Of a DNA stretch of 64,000 nucleotides, positions 1 to 9,387 are shown piece by piece; positions within the stretch are counted from its first letter, which is position 1; every line of letters begins with the position of its first letter. A program made the translations under genes and the position numbers. The notes below the pieces were generated by a model, which saw nothing but the letters and a program-made list of their open reading frames with translations, was not told the origin of the DNA and made no database searches. The stretch lies in the NCBI GenBank assembly GCA_046482545.1, contig JAWOEX010000021.1, forward strand, positions 103,041 to 167,040. Direction: 5' to 3'. Origin of the DNA: Candidatus Thorarchaeota archaeon (GTDB lineage Archaea > Asgardarchaeota > Thorarchaeia > Thorarchaeales > Thorarchaeaceae).

Positions 1-780
1 TGTCTTCCGCAGTCTTTTGCCATTCGGTCAGGAACTCAAGCACTTCAGTCTTGTATTCAGCGGCTAGCTCAGGGTCAAGAACTTCAGAAGCAGCTTCCAT
101 AGACAGTAATGGTGGTGCTCGGAAAACTTCTAAATCTTTAATCATAAATACGCAAGTTCTGCCTATCTCATCAACCCATTCTACTTTTGCTATCCCGAGC
201 TCTTCAAAGGGAGCAAGAATCGAATCAACACTGACACTAGGGAGTCCTGTGACCATCTTCAGCCATTCTTCAAGATCCTCCTTTGAGATGCCCCCTTTCC
301 ACAGCTTTGGAAATACGGCCCGAGAAACCTCATCAGCAAACAGTCGGGCCAGTCTGGACTCGTCAGCCATTCCTGCAAGGCGAATAATCCGGCGATACGT
401 ATTCTCAAGCTCTTCTTGCATCTCTGCATCGGTCATCGATACGACTGCGCTCATGAGTGGGGAAACCACTGATGTGATTGCAGCCTCGTATACCTTCGGA
501 TCCTCTGAAGGACCTAGTAACAACGATATACAGTATTGTTCTTCCTCTCGTACAATACCGGTATAATACGAAGCAACATTGTATTCTTCTCCACCGATGC
601 GAACCGAAAGTGTGGAGAATCCAGCTGCAGCTTCTCCCATTGCATGAGACGTAAAAATTCGCATGGCTTCAGTGTTAAGGTCTTCTTGATAGTATTCGGC
701 AAAATCCTCCGGCACCTTGGCCTTGAGAACAGCCCCTATCTTGCTATCCCAGTCAATCAACAGCATGGCGACAGGCATTT
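1..780 (-). CDS. Hypothetical alpha/beta protein, partial (runs off the window start). Start ATG is the complement of 778-780. It is absent from the ORF track because it is incomplete.
   Basis: Manual translation of the minus strand from 780 gives an uninterrupted frame MPVAMLLIDWDSKIGAVLKAKVPEDFAEYYQEDL...EWQKTAED to position 1. The plus-strand ORFs 51..566 and 536..820 are S-rich and lie antisense to it. Confidence 0.5.
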
Positions 781-835
781 TTCTTCCCTCTTCGGGCCTA
801 CGAACAGCTGGGTTGTTTAAATCTACGTTAGTACT

Positions 836-870
836 GAACGTGAGCTACATTTGTATCGAACGTGAGCTAC
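836..870. promoter_or_regulatory. Two copies of 13-nt direct repeat GAACGTGAGCTAC, spaced 22 nt
   Basis: Exact repeat at 836-848 and 858-870 in the intergenic region between divergent genes. Confidence 0.35.
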
Positions 871-1224
871 GATAAAAAGCTTGTCGCTAATCACTTCGCA
901 TTAGAATAATCGTTACATAAGTATCTGTAGTGTCCAGGAATCTATATCAAAGAAATCAGATTATCAGGTATTGGCTTATCTGTAGGATATCTGTCTGGCA
1001 AGTGTCTGAAGAAGACTTTCAATGAAGAGAACATAGGGGGCTCCATTAATCTCTGTGAGCCATCTCACTTTTTGTTTCAACATCAAATCACATCGCGACT
1101 AATTTTGCCGCCTCTTTCTGAACTCTTTTGTTCATCTGATAATTCGTGAGAAGATGACAAGTCTTATATGTTCCACGAGACCCATTGTAGGATAACATAT
1201 CCTATGATTTGGTGGATAAATGTC

Positions 1225-1788
1225 ATGAAAAGGGCGTTGGTCCTCGTTTGCCTGCTTGTATCCTTTACGCATTTCTTTGCTCCTATAACCAAAATCAGTA
1301 CATCTAATCATGTACCAGCTGCCGCGAGAATAGAACTGACAATCGATTTTGGCAACGGAACAGAACTAGTCTATTCTCAGGTAGAGGCAGAAACTGTTCT
1401 TGATGCGATTCGAAACGTCACATCAGTCGAAGTAGATTGGTATGGAGACCGAGCCTTTGTGACATCAATAGCAGGTGTGACAAACGAGGCAGAAACTGGT
1501 CTATGGTGGCAATACTGGGTAAATGGTCATCTGGGATCGGTGGCAGCAAACAAATACGATCTCAATGACAATGACACAGTTGCTTGGCGCCGAATTCCAC
1601 CAGAGTATACTGCCGCCACACAAAACAGCAGTGATCCTTTAGCCCTTCTTGCTTTGATAATTCTGCCAATTATTGGGATATCTGCAATATTAGGTATGTA
1701 CATCAGGAGACACGAAAATGATCAACAAAACAATAATCGCATTACTAATGATAACTTTGGTTTTCACCCCCCTTATGTCAACCACTGA
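1225..1788 (+). CDS. Secreted/membrane-anchored DUF4430-like protein (N-terminal signal peptide, C-terminal TM)
   Basis: Internal Met followed by a hydrophobic signal (MKRALVLVCLLVSF). Motif WYGDRAFVTSIAG...GLWWQYWVNGHLGSVAANKYDLNDNDTVAWRR resembles the DUF4430 fold. C-terminal hydrophobic anchor. Confidence 0.45.
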   Translation: MKRALVLVCLLVSFTHFFAPITKISTSNHVPAAARIELTIDFGNGTELVYSQVEAETVLDAIRNVTSVEVDWYGDRAFVTSIAGVTNEAETGLWWQYWVNGHLGSVAANKYDLNDNDTVAWRRIPPEYTAATQNSSDPLALLALIILPIIGISAILGMYIRRHENDQQNNNRITNDNFGFHPPYVNH

Positions 1789-2458
1789 GTACCATACAAT
1801 CCTCCAACCCACGTCAAATGGCGAGACTACCATTTCATGGAGCATTGAAGAAAGCCCAGATGTACCAGTTGAGTGGGGATGGAGCGGTGAAGGAGCTTGG
1901 ATGACAGAGGAGGAATCTTCAATGACCTTCCGCATCACCAACATTACTGACGTTGTCGAAGGTACTCTACACATTGGCAATCTAACCATAACCACCAATG
2001 ATACCACCATCGCGAGGGAACTCGTCATTGGAGTCTGGGGTTTGACACCTTTCTTCCCCGGGCTGGTCGTACCAATAGGCGACGAAAATATGCAAATCTT
2101 AAACGAAACAGCCAGAGCCTCTGCAGAAAGAGTATCAGGGAACTATATGAACGGGACAATGATTGTATCAGAGCAAGCGATTGAAGTAGATGACACAAGC
2201 TATGAGTGCATCACCTTCGACTATGAACAGGATTCTTCTGGATATGCCCAACCACAGATTACCCATCTTGCATACGATTGTGAAACAGGGGTCCTTGTAT
2301 GGGCAAACACTAGCTACTCGTTTGGTACACCTTACAATCTGTGTCTTTCGCTTGAAATGATAGCCCCACCATCTCCGAGCTCCATTCTTGCACTTGTGGG
2401 GATTGCAGTAATCGCTGTTGTTGCAATTATTATCATAATCAAGGTACGAGAGGGATAA
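1718..2458 (+). CDS. Cell-surface protein with N-terminal signal peptide, N-glycosylation sequons and C-terminal TM anchor
   Basis: Signal-like N-terminus. Many N-x-T/S sequons. C-terminal SPSSILALVGIAVIAVVAIIIIIKVREG anchor. Confidence 0.45.
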   Translation: MINKTIIALLMITLVFTPLMSTTEYHTILQPTSNGETTISWSIEESPDVPVEWGWSGEGAWMTEEESSMTFRITNITDVVEGTLHIGNLTITTNDTTIARELVIGVWGLTPFFPGLVVPIGDENMQILNETARASAERVSGNYMNGTMIVSEQAIEVDDTSYECITFDYEQDSSGYAQPQITHLAYDCETGVLVWANTSYSFGTPYNLCLSLEMIAPPSPSSILALVGIAVIAVVAIIIIIKVREG

Positions 2459-2482
2459 TCCTGCAGTAATGAAGGGATAGAC

Positions 2483-3118
2483 ATGAATCGGGGGCATTTA
2501 GAGCAGTACCACATCCGCCGAACGCGGTACGTTCCGATTGCCTCCCTAATGACCGCGCTCGCCCTCATAGGCATGTATGCACTTGTTGGTATCCCCAATG
2601 TTGAGCTAGGAACAGTCATTCTCTTCGTCACAGCGCTAGTATTCGGACTAAAAATGGGAATAGGCAGCATGTTGATAACGGCTGCCCTCTATGGATCATT
2701 GAATCCATGGGGTGGGCTTATTCCACAGATATGGATTAGTCAAGTGTTAGGATGGCTTTTGATTGTAATAGTTGGAAGCCTTCTCGGACATTCAGGGCCC
2801 AACTTAAAGCAATCACAACGAAACGGATTAGAGTTCTTTATACTCGGTGCTTTTCTAACAATCTATTTTGATGCGGTAACAAATCTTGGATATTCGCTGT
2901 CAACAGGTATTCCCTACGCCACCGCACTTATAGTGGGACTGCCCCTTATGGTGATTCATGTACTATCAAATGCTTTCCTCTTTGGGATTGTCGTTCCCCA
3001 ACTTGAGTCAACCATAAGAAGGGAGTTTGGTAATGATATATGGGAGCCCGTTATCAAAAATGATGACACAAACAATCCGAAAACTGTGGAAGCATCTCAC
3101 TTGATAAAAGAGGGGTAG
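2483..3118 (+). CDS. Polytopic membrane protein (ECF S-component-like)
   Basis: About six hydrophobic helices. Adjacent to the DUF4430 gene. Confidence 0.4.
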   Translation: MNRGHLEQYHIRRTRYVPIASLMTALALIGMYALVGIPNVELGTVILFVTALVFGLKMGIGSMLITAALYGSLNPWGGLIPQIWISQVLGWLLIVIVGSLLGHSGPNLKQSQRNGLEFFILGAFLTIYFDAVTNLGYSLSTGIPYATALIVGLPLMVIHVLSNAFLFGIVVPQLESTIRREFGNDIWEPVIKNDDTNNPKTVEASHLIKEG

Positions 3119-3126
3119 ATGAACTC

Positions 3127-3765
3127 TTGCATTGGAAAGAACAGATTAAGAAGCTTGTACAGCCAGCGGAGGGGCGTGTGTCTCCCGCCTTCAAACCGCA
3201 CCATGTTGCTGTTGCAATTGTGATGATTGGTCGAAGACAACCCCTTGGGCGATACGAACTCTGTGACACCATGTCAATTGGTGAGGGGAGTGCCAGAACT
3301 CTGCTAAGACGCCTAGGAGAAAGGGATTACATCACAGCCGAGGGACGACAAGGGCAGAAACTGACACATACAGGTCAAGAGATATTCGAGGCAATGATCA
3401 ATGATATTCCGCGAGGGCTCTATCTGGATGTTGAAGGGCTCGCAATGTATGAAATCTCCTACGGCAATTTGGTGAAACAGAAGGCGGAAGAGGTCACGGA
3501 TGGTATAAGACAACGTGATGAAGCAATAATCCAAGGAGGCTATGGTGAAGCAGGAGCAACAACATTGGTCTGCAAGGAGGGACTGCTGCTCATGCCGCCG
3601 AATAATTTCAACCCTCTCCTCAAATACGAAGACGAGACACTACTAATTATGGATAGTTTGCGACCCAAGGATGGGGATGTAGTAGTAATTGGATCAGCGA
3701 ATAATAGTGGACTGGCAAGAGAAATCGCAATGGCATCTTCTATGACGCTCCTTGGTGAGGAATAG
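3127..3765 (+). CDS. Hypothetical wHTH-containing protein
   Basis: ORF translation. The N-terminal segment LGRYELCDTMSIGEGSARTLLRRLGERDYI looks like a winged helix. Confidence 0.4.
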   Translation: MHWKEQIKKLVQPAEGRVSPAFKPHHVAVAIVMIGRRQPLGRYELCDTMSIGEGSARTLLRRLGERDYITAEGRQGQKLTHTGQEIFEAMINDIPRGLYLDVEGLAMYEISYGNLVKQKAEEVTDGIRQRDEAIIQGGYGEAGATTLVCKEGLLLMPPNNFNPLLKYEDETLLIMDSLRPKDGDVVVIGSANNSGLAREIAMASSMTLLGEE

Positions 3766-3767
3766 GC

Positions 3768-4574
3768 ATGCAATCTGACATTTACGGCAACGTGCCGGAC
3801 ATAGTTATAGATGTCCACGAAACGAAGGGCAAGCGGAAGAACGCAGTGAAGCATCTTATGTCCATGTTGGACAAAGAAGAAATTAACTATACAGTAGAAA
3901 AGCTGCCGATTGGCGATGTTCTAGGCACTGACGGGATTGCAATCGAGCGAAAAACCGTAAATGATCTTGTGCATACCTTGACAGGAAGCAAATCTGGCGT
4001 CCCACGTCTTAAGAAACAGATGGACGCTCTTCTTGAATATGAGCAACCATACTTACTCATTGAGAACTTGCTTGCAGTCCGCCGCGACCCGATGAAAGGA
4101 TGTGTGTATATCCCCTTTTCTTCAAAGAAGACGAAAAAGAAAGGGGGATATTACGTGACCATGGAGCGTGCAAGTTTCATCCATCCAAATTCGCTGGATG
4201 GATTGATTGATAGCATACGTGATCGCGGTATTGATATTCTAGAGGGTTTCAACGCGCTTCATTCAGCTGGACTTCTTTTCGGTATCCTAAATGAACAAGA
4301 CTGGGATGAAAGAGAGGTTACGCGGTTACCTGTAATTAGGACCCGGAAAGGGCTTGATAGCATGAGCGATGAACAGGAGTTCTTTGTGGCAGGTTTCCCT
4401 AACATCAACGCTGTCAGAGCAAAACAACTCTTGGAAAAATTCGGGAGCCCTTTCGAGGTTGTTACACGTACAGACGAATGGGGAGAAGTTCACGGAATAG
4501 GGCCCAAGACCGTTGAGGGGGTACGGAAAATGCTGTTTTCTAGTTATGAACCAGAGAAAGAAGACACGCCGTAG
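3768..4574 (+). CDS. ERCC4-domain nuclease (short XPF/Hef/Mus81-type, no helicase) with C-terminal (HhH)2
   Basis: ERK-type active-site motif GIAIERKTVNDL. C-terminal HhH motif GFPNINAVRAKQLLEKFGSPFEVVTRTDEWGEVHGIGPKTVEGV. Confidence 0.65.
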   Translation: MQSDIYGNVPDIVIDVHETKGKRKNAVKHLMSMLDKEEINYTVEKLPIGDVLGTDGIAIERKTVNDLVHTLTGSKSGVPRLKKQMDALLEYEQPYLLIENLLAVRRDPMKGCVYIPFSSKKTKKKGGYYVTMERASFIHPNSLDGLIDSIRDRGIDILEGFNALHSAGLLFGILNEQDWDEREVTRLPVIRTRKGLDSMSDEQEFFVAGFPNINAVRAKQLLEKFGSPFEVVTRTDEWGEVHGIGPKTVEGVRKMLFSSYEPEKEDTP

Positions 4575-4636
4575 CATTTAATAAACGATAACTATTTTAT
4601 GACCAAATAATAGTTACAAAACAAGGATGGTTACAT

Positions 4637-5725
4637 ATGGGCGACGATGTACGTATAGCCATAGCTGGACTGGGAAATTGTGCCTCTGCACTCATACAGG
4701 GTGTGCATTACTACAAAGATGCAAAAGCAGATGAAGAGGTTCCGGGCCTAATGCATGTTGACTTTGGGGGATATTTTCCGAAACACCTCAAGTTTGTGGC
4801 GGCTTTCGAAGCAAATGAGCGGAAGATAGGCAAAGATATCTCTGAAGCAATTTGGGAAGACCCAAATTGTTGTGAGAATTTTGTACCTGATTTACCCAAA
4901 ACAGGTGTCGAGGTATTACCTGGCCCAATTTCGGATGGTGTTGCAGACCACATGATGGATTCATTCTATGCCTATGATGATGATATTGAGCCCGTTGATG
5001 TGGCTGAAGAGCTCAAAGAAGCAGAAGCCGATATGTTGATTAACTATCTACCTGTGGGAAGCGCTGAAGGGGCACGGATATATGCAAAGGCGGCTCTCGA
5101 AGCCGGTGTTGCATTTGTCAATGCTATCCCCGAGTTTATTGTTTCCGACCCGAATGACCCAATAACCACGCAGTTCAGGGAGAAAGGCATACCATGTGCT
5201 GGTGATGATATCAAAAGCCAGCTAGGTGCTACCATTCTGCACAGAGTCTTGGCACAGCTGTTTGACAAGCGTGGTCTGATTGTTAATAATACATATCAGC
5301 TGAATATTGGAGGTAATACTGACTTCGAAAATATGCAGGTTGAGGATCGGCTGAGCAGCAAGCGAGTCAGTAAGACAGAAGCGGTCACAAGCTGCGTCAA
5401 GTATCATCTACCGACCAAAATCGGTCCGAGTGACTATGTCCCATTCCTTGACGATAATAAGATATGCTACATCTCCATGCGAGCCAATTCGTTCGGAGAC
5501 CTTCCAGTAGATGTGGATCTCAAGCTTTCAGTTCAGGACTCACCAAACAGTGCTGGAGTCATCATTGATGTGGCCAGAGCAATAAAGATAGCACTTGACC
5601 GGGGTGTAGGTGGCGAACTCTCAAGCATCAGTTCATACTCGTTCAAACACCCAAGATATCAAATTGATGACTTTGAGGCACGAAAGAGAGTAGATGAATT
5701 CATAGCTGGAGAAAGAGAGCGCTAG
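4637..5725 (+). CDS. myo-inositol-1-phosphate synthase (archaeal-type)
   Basis: 362 aa. N-terminal Rossmann segment RIAIAGLGNCASALIQGV. Overall match to archaeal MIPS-family signatures. Confidence 0.75.
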   Translation: MGDDVRIAIAGLGNCASALIQGVHYYKDAKADEEVPGLMHVDFGGYFPKHLKFVAAFEANERKIGKDISEAIWEDPNCCENFVPDLPKTGVEVLPGPISDGVADHMMDSFYAYDDDIEPVDVAEELKEAEADMLINYLPVGSAEGARIYAKAALEAGVAFVNAIPEFIVSDPNDPITTQFREKGIPCAGDDIKSQLGATILHRVLAQLFDKRGLIVNNTYQLNIGGNTDFENMQVEDRLSSKRVSKTEAVTSCVKYHLPTKIGPSDYVPFLDDNKICYISMRANSFGDLPVDVDLKLSVQDSPNSAGVIIDVARAIKIALDRGVGGELSSISSYSFKHPRYQIDDFEARKRVDEFIAGERER

Positions 5726-5758
5726 GTGTACAGAACAGTACCCTAGCCTTTCCCCCAT

Positions 5759-6883
5759 CTATATTTCCGTGAAGCTTTTCGCTTTATCTTCATCAAGTCG
5801 TTGGATAACCTCGACTAATAACCTCACAGCGTTTTCCACATCATCGAAATCAAGCATTCCATGATGAGAATGAATATGTCTTGTGGGTATACCTATGAAC
5901 AATGAGGGGGCACCCATGCCGGTTATATGGATAATACCAGCATCTGTACCACCACTCTTCAAGAACGCCGGCTGATGCTTCACGCCAATTTCCTCAGCGA
6001 TATCTAAAACGAATCTTCTAAATCTAGGGTTCGGTATCATTGAACCGTCGCCAGCAGAAATCGAGACGCCATTGCCCATCTTCTGGACGAGATCTTTTGC
6101 ACCGGGAACATCACCGGATATGTCAACGTCGAGGGCGAAACCTAAATCAGGTTTGACCATTTGTGCAGCCGTCCTAGCTCCTCGAAGACCCACTTCTTCC
6201 TGTGCGGTGGATACAGCATAAATGGTATTGGGATGATTCAGGTTATTGGTGCTAAGACGACGTAACACTTCTAACACAATGAAAACACCAATTCTATCGT
6301 CGAAGGCTTTTGCCACCCCGACGATGGTTTCATGAGTAGTTTCTTCCTCATTATCATCGTCTTCCTCTTTCCGAATCCGATCCATTGTTCGGAATTGTGC
6401 GTGGGGTACAGCTGGGTCGCCAACTTGGATACCTAACCCCTCTACTTCCTCCTTGGAACTGCAGCCAATATCGATATACATGTCTTTCATTTTAACTGGT
6501 TTCTTCCTTGTTTCATCATCCAGCACATGTGGAGGTGGGGCCCCAATCACCCCGATTATTTTGTCGTCCCCATTAGATGGTTTGATAACAACCTCATGAG
6601 TTAGCAATGTCTGATCCCACCAGCCTCCTAAGCTGTGGAATTTCAAGAAACCATCTTTTTTTATCTCAGTAACAACGAAGCCTATTTCATCGATATGCCC
6701 TGCAAGCATGATTTTTGGTCCAGAATCTCCGCGTTTGAAAATGACAGAGCCCATCCTATCATACAACACTTCGTCTGCAAATTCCTCTCCATAATCTCGT
6801 GCAAGCCTCTGAGCCTCATGTTCAAAACCACTAGGGCCAAAGGCATTGCATAGACGCTCCAAAAAATCGATATCTAAGTCCAT
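5759..6883 (-). CDS. M42 family (TET/FrvX) aminopeptidase
   Basis: Motifs MLAGHIDEIGFVVTEI and HSHHGMLDFDD. Typical M42 peptidase length. Confidence 0.75.
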   Translation of the reverse strand: MDLDIDFLERLCNAFGPSGFEHEAQRLARDYGEEFADEVLYDRMGSVIFKRGDSGPKIMLAGHIDEIGFVVTEIKKDGFLKFHSLGGWWDQTLLTHEVVIKPSNGDDKIIGVIGAPPPHVLDDETRKKPVKMKDMYIDIGCSSKEEVEGLGIQVGDPAVPHAQFRTMDRIRKEEDDDNEEETTHETIVGVAKAFDDRIGVFIVLEVLRRLSTNNLNHPNTIYAVSTAQEEVGLRGARTAAQMVKPDLGFALDVDISGDVPGAKDLVQKMGNGVSISAGDGSMIPNPRFRRFVLDIAEEIGVKHQPAFLKSGGTDAGIIHITGMGAPSLFIGIPTRHIHSHHGMLDFDDVENAVRLLVEVIQRLDEDKAKSFTEI

Positions 6884-7019
6884 TATTACACTTCATCCTT
6901 CTTGTGCTATCACGCAGGAATTCACTATAATTATGCTTATCGGCAGGACCAATCAAAGAATATAGAATAATATCATCTAGTCATGATTTTCGGCATATAA
7001 GAAGCAAGAATGGGTAGGT

Positions 7020-7586
7020 TTACAGTACCACGTTTTTTGCAAGCATCTCAAAAGCTTCTTCCACGTTCTGACCTGTTAGGGCACTGGTTTCCAGATACCC
7101 CGCTAAATCCTTCTTGATAACATATTCACGAGCTACTTCGGAACTGATAGTCCGTTGATCGTCCAAATCAACTTTGTTGGCCAGTACAATGATTGGAATG
7201 GACTCGTCTAGGGCTTTCTCGGTTTCTGCAATCCAATTGTCAAGAACATTGAATGTTGATTTCCGGGTGGTGTCGAAGACCAGCAAGGCTCCCTTTGCCC
7301 CGCGATAGTAGCTGTTTCGGATGAAGTCAAATCGCTTTTGTCCTGCCAAATCCCATATGAGAAGCTTAACTCGCTTCTCATTGCCACTTGAATCGTTTAC
7401 CGGTACTATCTTCACGGCGAATTGGCTTCCAATGGTTACTATGTATTGTTCAGTAAAGCGGTTGGTTAGAAATCGGTTGACTAGAGCGGTCTTTCCGCTA
7501 CCTCCAGCTCCTATCATGACCACTTTTCGTACAACGTGGAAATCTTGAGATGGTGAATTTGACACCGAATAATCCATTTCAATCAT
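7020..7586 (-). CDS. Small GTPase of Ras superfamily (Rab-like)
   Basis: P-loop GAGGSGKT. G3 motif WDLAGQKRF. Rab-type YYRGAKGALLVFD. G4 motif NKVD. G5 motif ETSALTG. Confidence 0.75.
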   Translation of the reverse strand: MIEMDYSVSNSPSQDFHVVRKVVMIGAGGSGKTALVNRFLTNRFTEQYIVTIGSQFAVKIVPVNDSSGNEKRVKLLIWDLAGQKRFDFIRNSYYRGAKGALLVFDTTRKSTFNVLDNWIAETEKALDESIPIIVLANKVDLDDQRTISSEVAREYVIKKDLAGYLETSALTGQNVEEAFEMLAKNVVL

Positions 7587-7796
7587 CCCATAGCCTTCGT
7601 CTTAGACAATTCATGTTGGTACAAGGGAAGCGTTTAGGCCTTATTTCTATATGATACATATAGCCTTTTTCGGGTCAGACAATCACTGCGCATTGAGACA
7701 TCTAGACAATCAGGATTGGCGCGTTATTTTCTCCATTACACTACGAACCAGAAGATATTATATCGCTACGAAGAGCTAGAATTTTACGCCGGGAGG

Positions 7797-7994
7797 ATGA
7801 CGAAGATGCAATTGGTAACAGTAAAAATGAATCAACTTTACATTAAATCGCTAGACAAGCTTGTTGAACTAGGCATGTATCCTTCCCGTAGCGAAGCTAT
7901 ACGAGTTGCAATACGAGATCTCCTGCAGAAAGAACTATGGCCGGAGGAGGGCATGCCAGCTAAACAAGAGCTGCGTGCTGAGACCTCCGAATAG
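7797..7994 (+). CDS. Ribbon-helix-helix (CopG/Arc family) DNA-binding protein
   Basis: The segment MTKMQLVTVKMNQLYIKSLDKLVELGMYPSRSEAIRVAIRDLL fits the RHH pattern. A likely internal start at 7797 falls within ORF 7716..7994. Confidence 0.5.
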   Translation: MTKMQLVTVKMNQLYIKSLDKLVELGMYPSRSEAIRVAIRDLLQKELWPEEGMPAKQELRAETSE

Positions 7995-8083
7995 GGGCCT
8001 AATCAGGAATAATATATAAGCGAAACAACTAACACAATATACTTTAGTAGCACAATTCAAAGAGAAAACGGGGCACGAGAATA

Positions 8084-8614
8084 ATGAATCTGGGAATTCT
8101 TCTGAAGAGTATGAAACTAGCCTTTCGATCGAAGAGACGCGTTCTTTCATTCATAGTCATTTATTCAATACTCATCGTGCTGGTAGCAAAAGGGATTCAA
8201 GGTTCAGCTGGTTCCCTTCTGGAAATGCTCTTGTGGCCCCTGACTGCGCTGGTGGTTGCAACAGTGTATGCCATATTGATATCGCAGTTCCGTAAGCGTG
8301 ATGTAAGCATCCTCAAATGCATCGGCTGGACAAATCACGATGTGATGCTTCTGGTGGTAGGTGAGGTGGTTGTCGTTTCATTAGCCGCGTTTTTCCTAGT
8401 TTTCCAAGTCAGTGTCGAAATCCTAGGGTTGGTTGCCTATTTTGAGGGGTTGGACACAGGACTCCTCCAAATGCTACTGGACCTTATCGCAGTCGAATGG
8501 CAGCCAATGCTCGTTACACTCATCTATATCGTAGTGCTACAGCTTCCAGGAGTCGGTCTAGCACATTACCGCATGATGAAAATACCGCCTATGCAGGCGC
8601 TAAGGGAGGAATAG
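8084..8614 (+). CDS. Small membrane protein (FtsX-like permease fragment?)
   Basis: Four hydrophobic helices. Lies directly upstream of an ABC ATPase. Confidence 0.4.
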   Translation: MNLGILLKSMKLAFRSKRRVLSFIVIYSILIVLVAKGIQGSAGSLLEMLLWPLTALVVATVYAILISQFRKRDVSILKCIGWTNHDVMLLVVGEVVVVSLAAFFLVFQVSVEILGLVAYFEGLDTGLLQMLLDLIAVEWQPMLVTLIYIVVLQLPGVGLAHYRMMKIPPMQALREE

Positions 8615-8616
8615 GC

Positions 8617-9303
8617 ATGACTAATCCAATCCTAAGAGCAGAAGAAGTGAACAAGGAGTACGGTCGGGGAAAGAAGACAGTAGCTGCACTCAAGAGTGTT
8701 GATATAGAAGTAGCCCCGGGCGAGTTTGTGGCGGTCCATGGACCATCTGGATGTGGTAAGTCAACTCTCTTGCATGTCATGGCTGGACTCGAACAGCCAA
8801 CTTCTGGTCGAATTCTGATTGATGGCGTTGATGTAACATTGGTCAGTGAAAGGGACCTTCCACGCCTCCGCGCAAAGAAGATTGGATTTGTCTTTCAATC
8901 ATTCCTCCTCATCGAAGATTTGACCTCATTTGAGAACGTACAGTCAGTTTTGTGGCCAGATGAGGAATTGAACAAGAAGAAACAGGAAGCGAAGGCCCTT
9001 CGAGTATTGCGCGAAGTTGATATGTTAGAACGTAAAGATCATTTTCCACGCCAACTTAGCGGCGGAGAACAACAACGGGTAGCCATAGCTCGTGCACTTG
9101 TTAATGATCCGCCGATTCTCTTTTGCGATGAACCCACGGGCAATCTTGACTCAGAAAGTGGCGAGTCAATCATGAAAATCATCGCCAAGCTGAACAAGGA
9201 AAAAGGTATGACTGTAATTCTTGTTACGCACGATGAAAGTCTGGCAAAATTCGCCCAGAGAATCCTTCGTATGAAAGATGGCGTAATCACCTCCGATAAG
9301 TAA
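8617..9303 (+). CDS. ABC transporter ATP-binding protein (MacB/LolD-like)
   Basis: Walker A GPSGCGKST. Signature LSGGEQQRVAIARAL. Walker B ILFCDEPTGNLD. Start ATG at 8617. Confidence 0.8.
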   Translation: MTNPILRAEEVNKEYGRGKKTVAALKSVDIEVAPGEFVAVHGPSGCGKSTLLHVMAGLEQPTSGRILIDGVDVTLVSERDLPRLRAKKIGFVFQSFLLIEDLTSFENVQSVLWPDEELNKKKQEAKALRVLREVDMLERKDHFPRQLSGGEQQRVAIARALVNDPPILFCDEPTGNLDSESGESIMKIIAKLNKEKGMTVILVTHDESLAKFAQRILRMKDGVITSDK

Positions 9304-9387
9304 AGAAAATTGCGGATAATTTGCAGTGGCTAAGGTTTTGGAGCAATAGAGAGAATTTGTCAGAAAATGAAGAGTGTGTAGGAATCC

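Noticed and set aside
51-820. Plus-strand ORFs 51..566 and 536..820 from the track
   Set aside because: They are Ser/low-complexity rich and lie antisense to a well-formed minus-strand partial gene (1..780) with a proper ATG, so they are treated as shadow ORFs.
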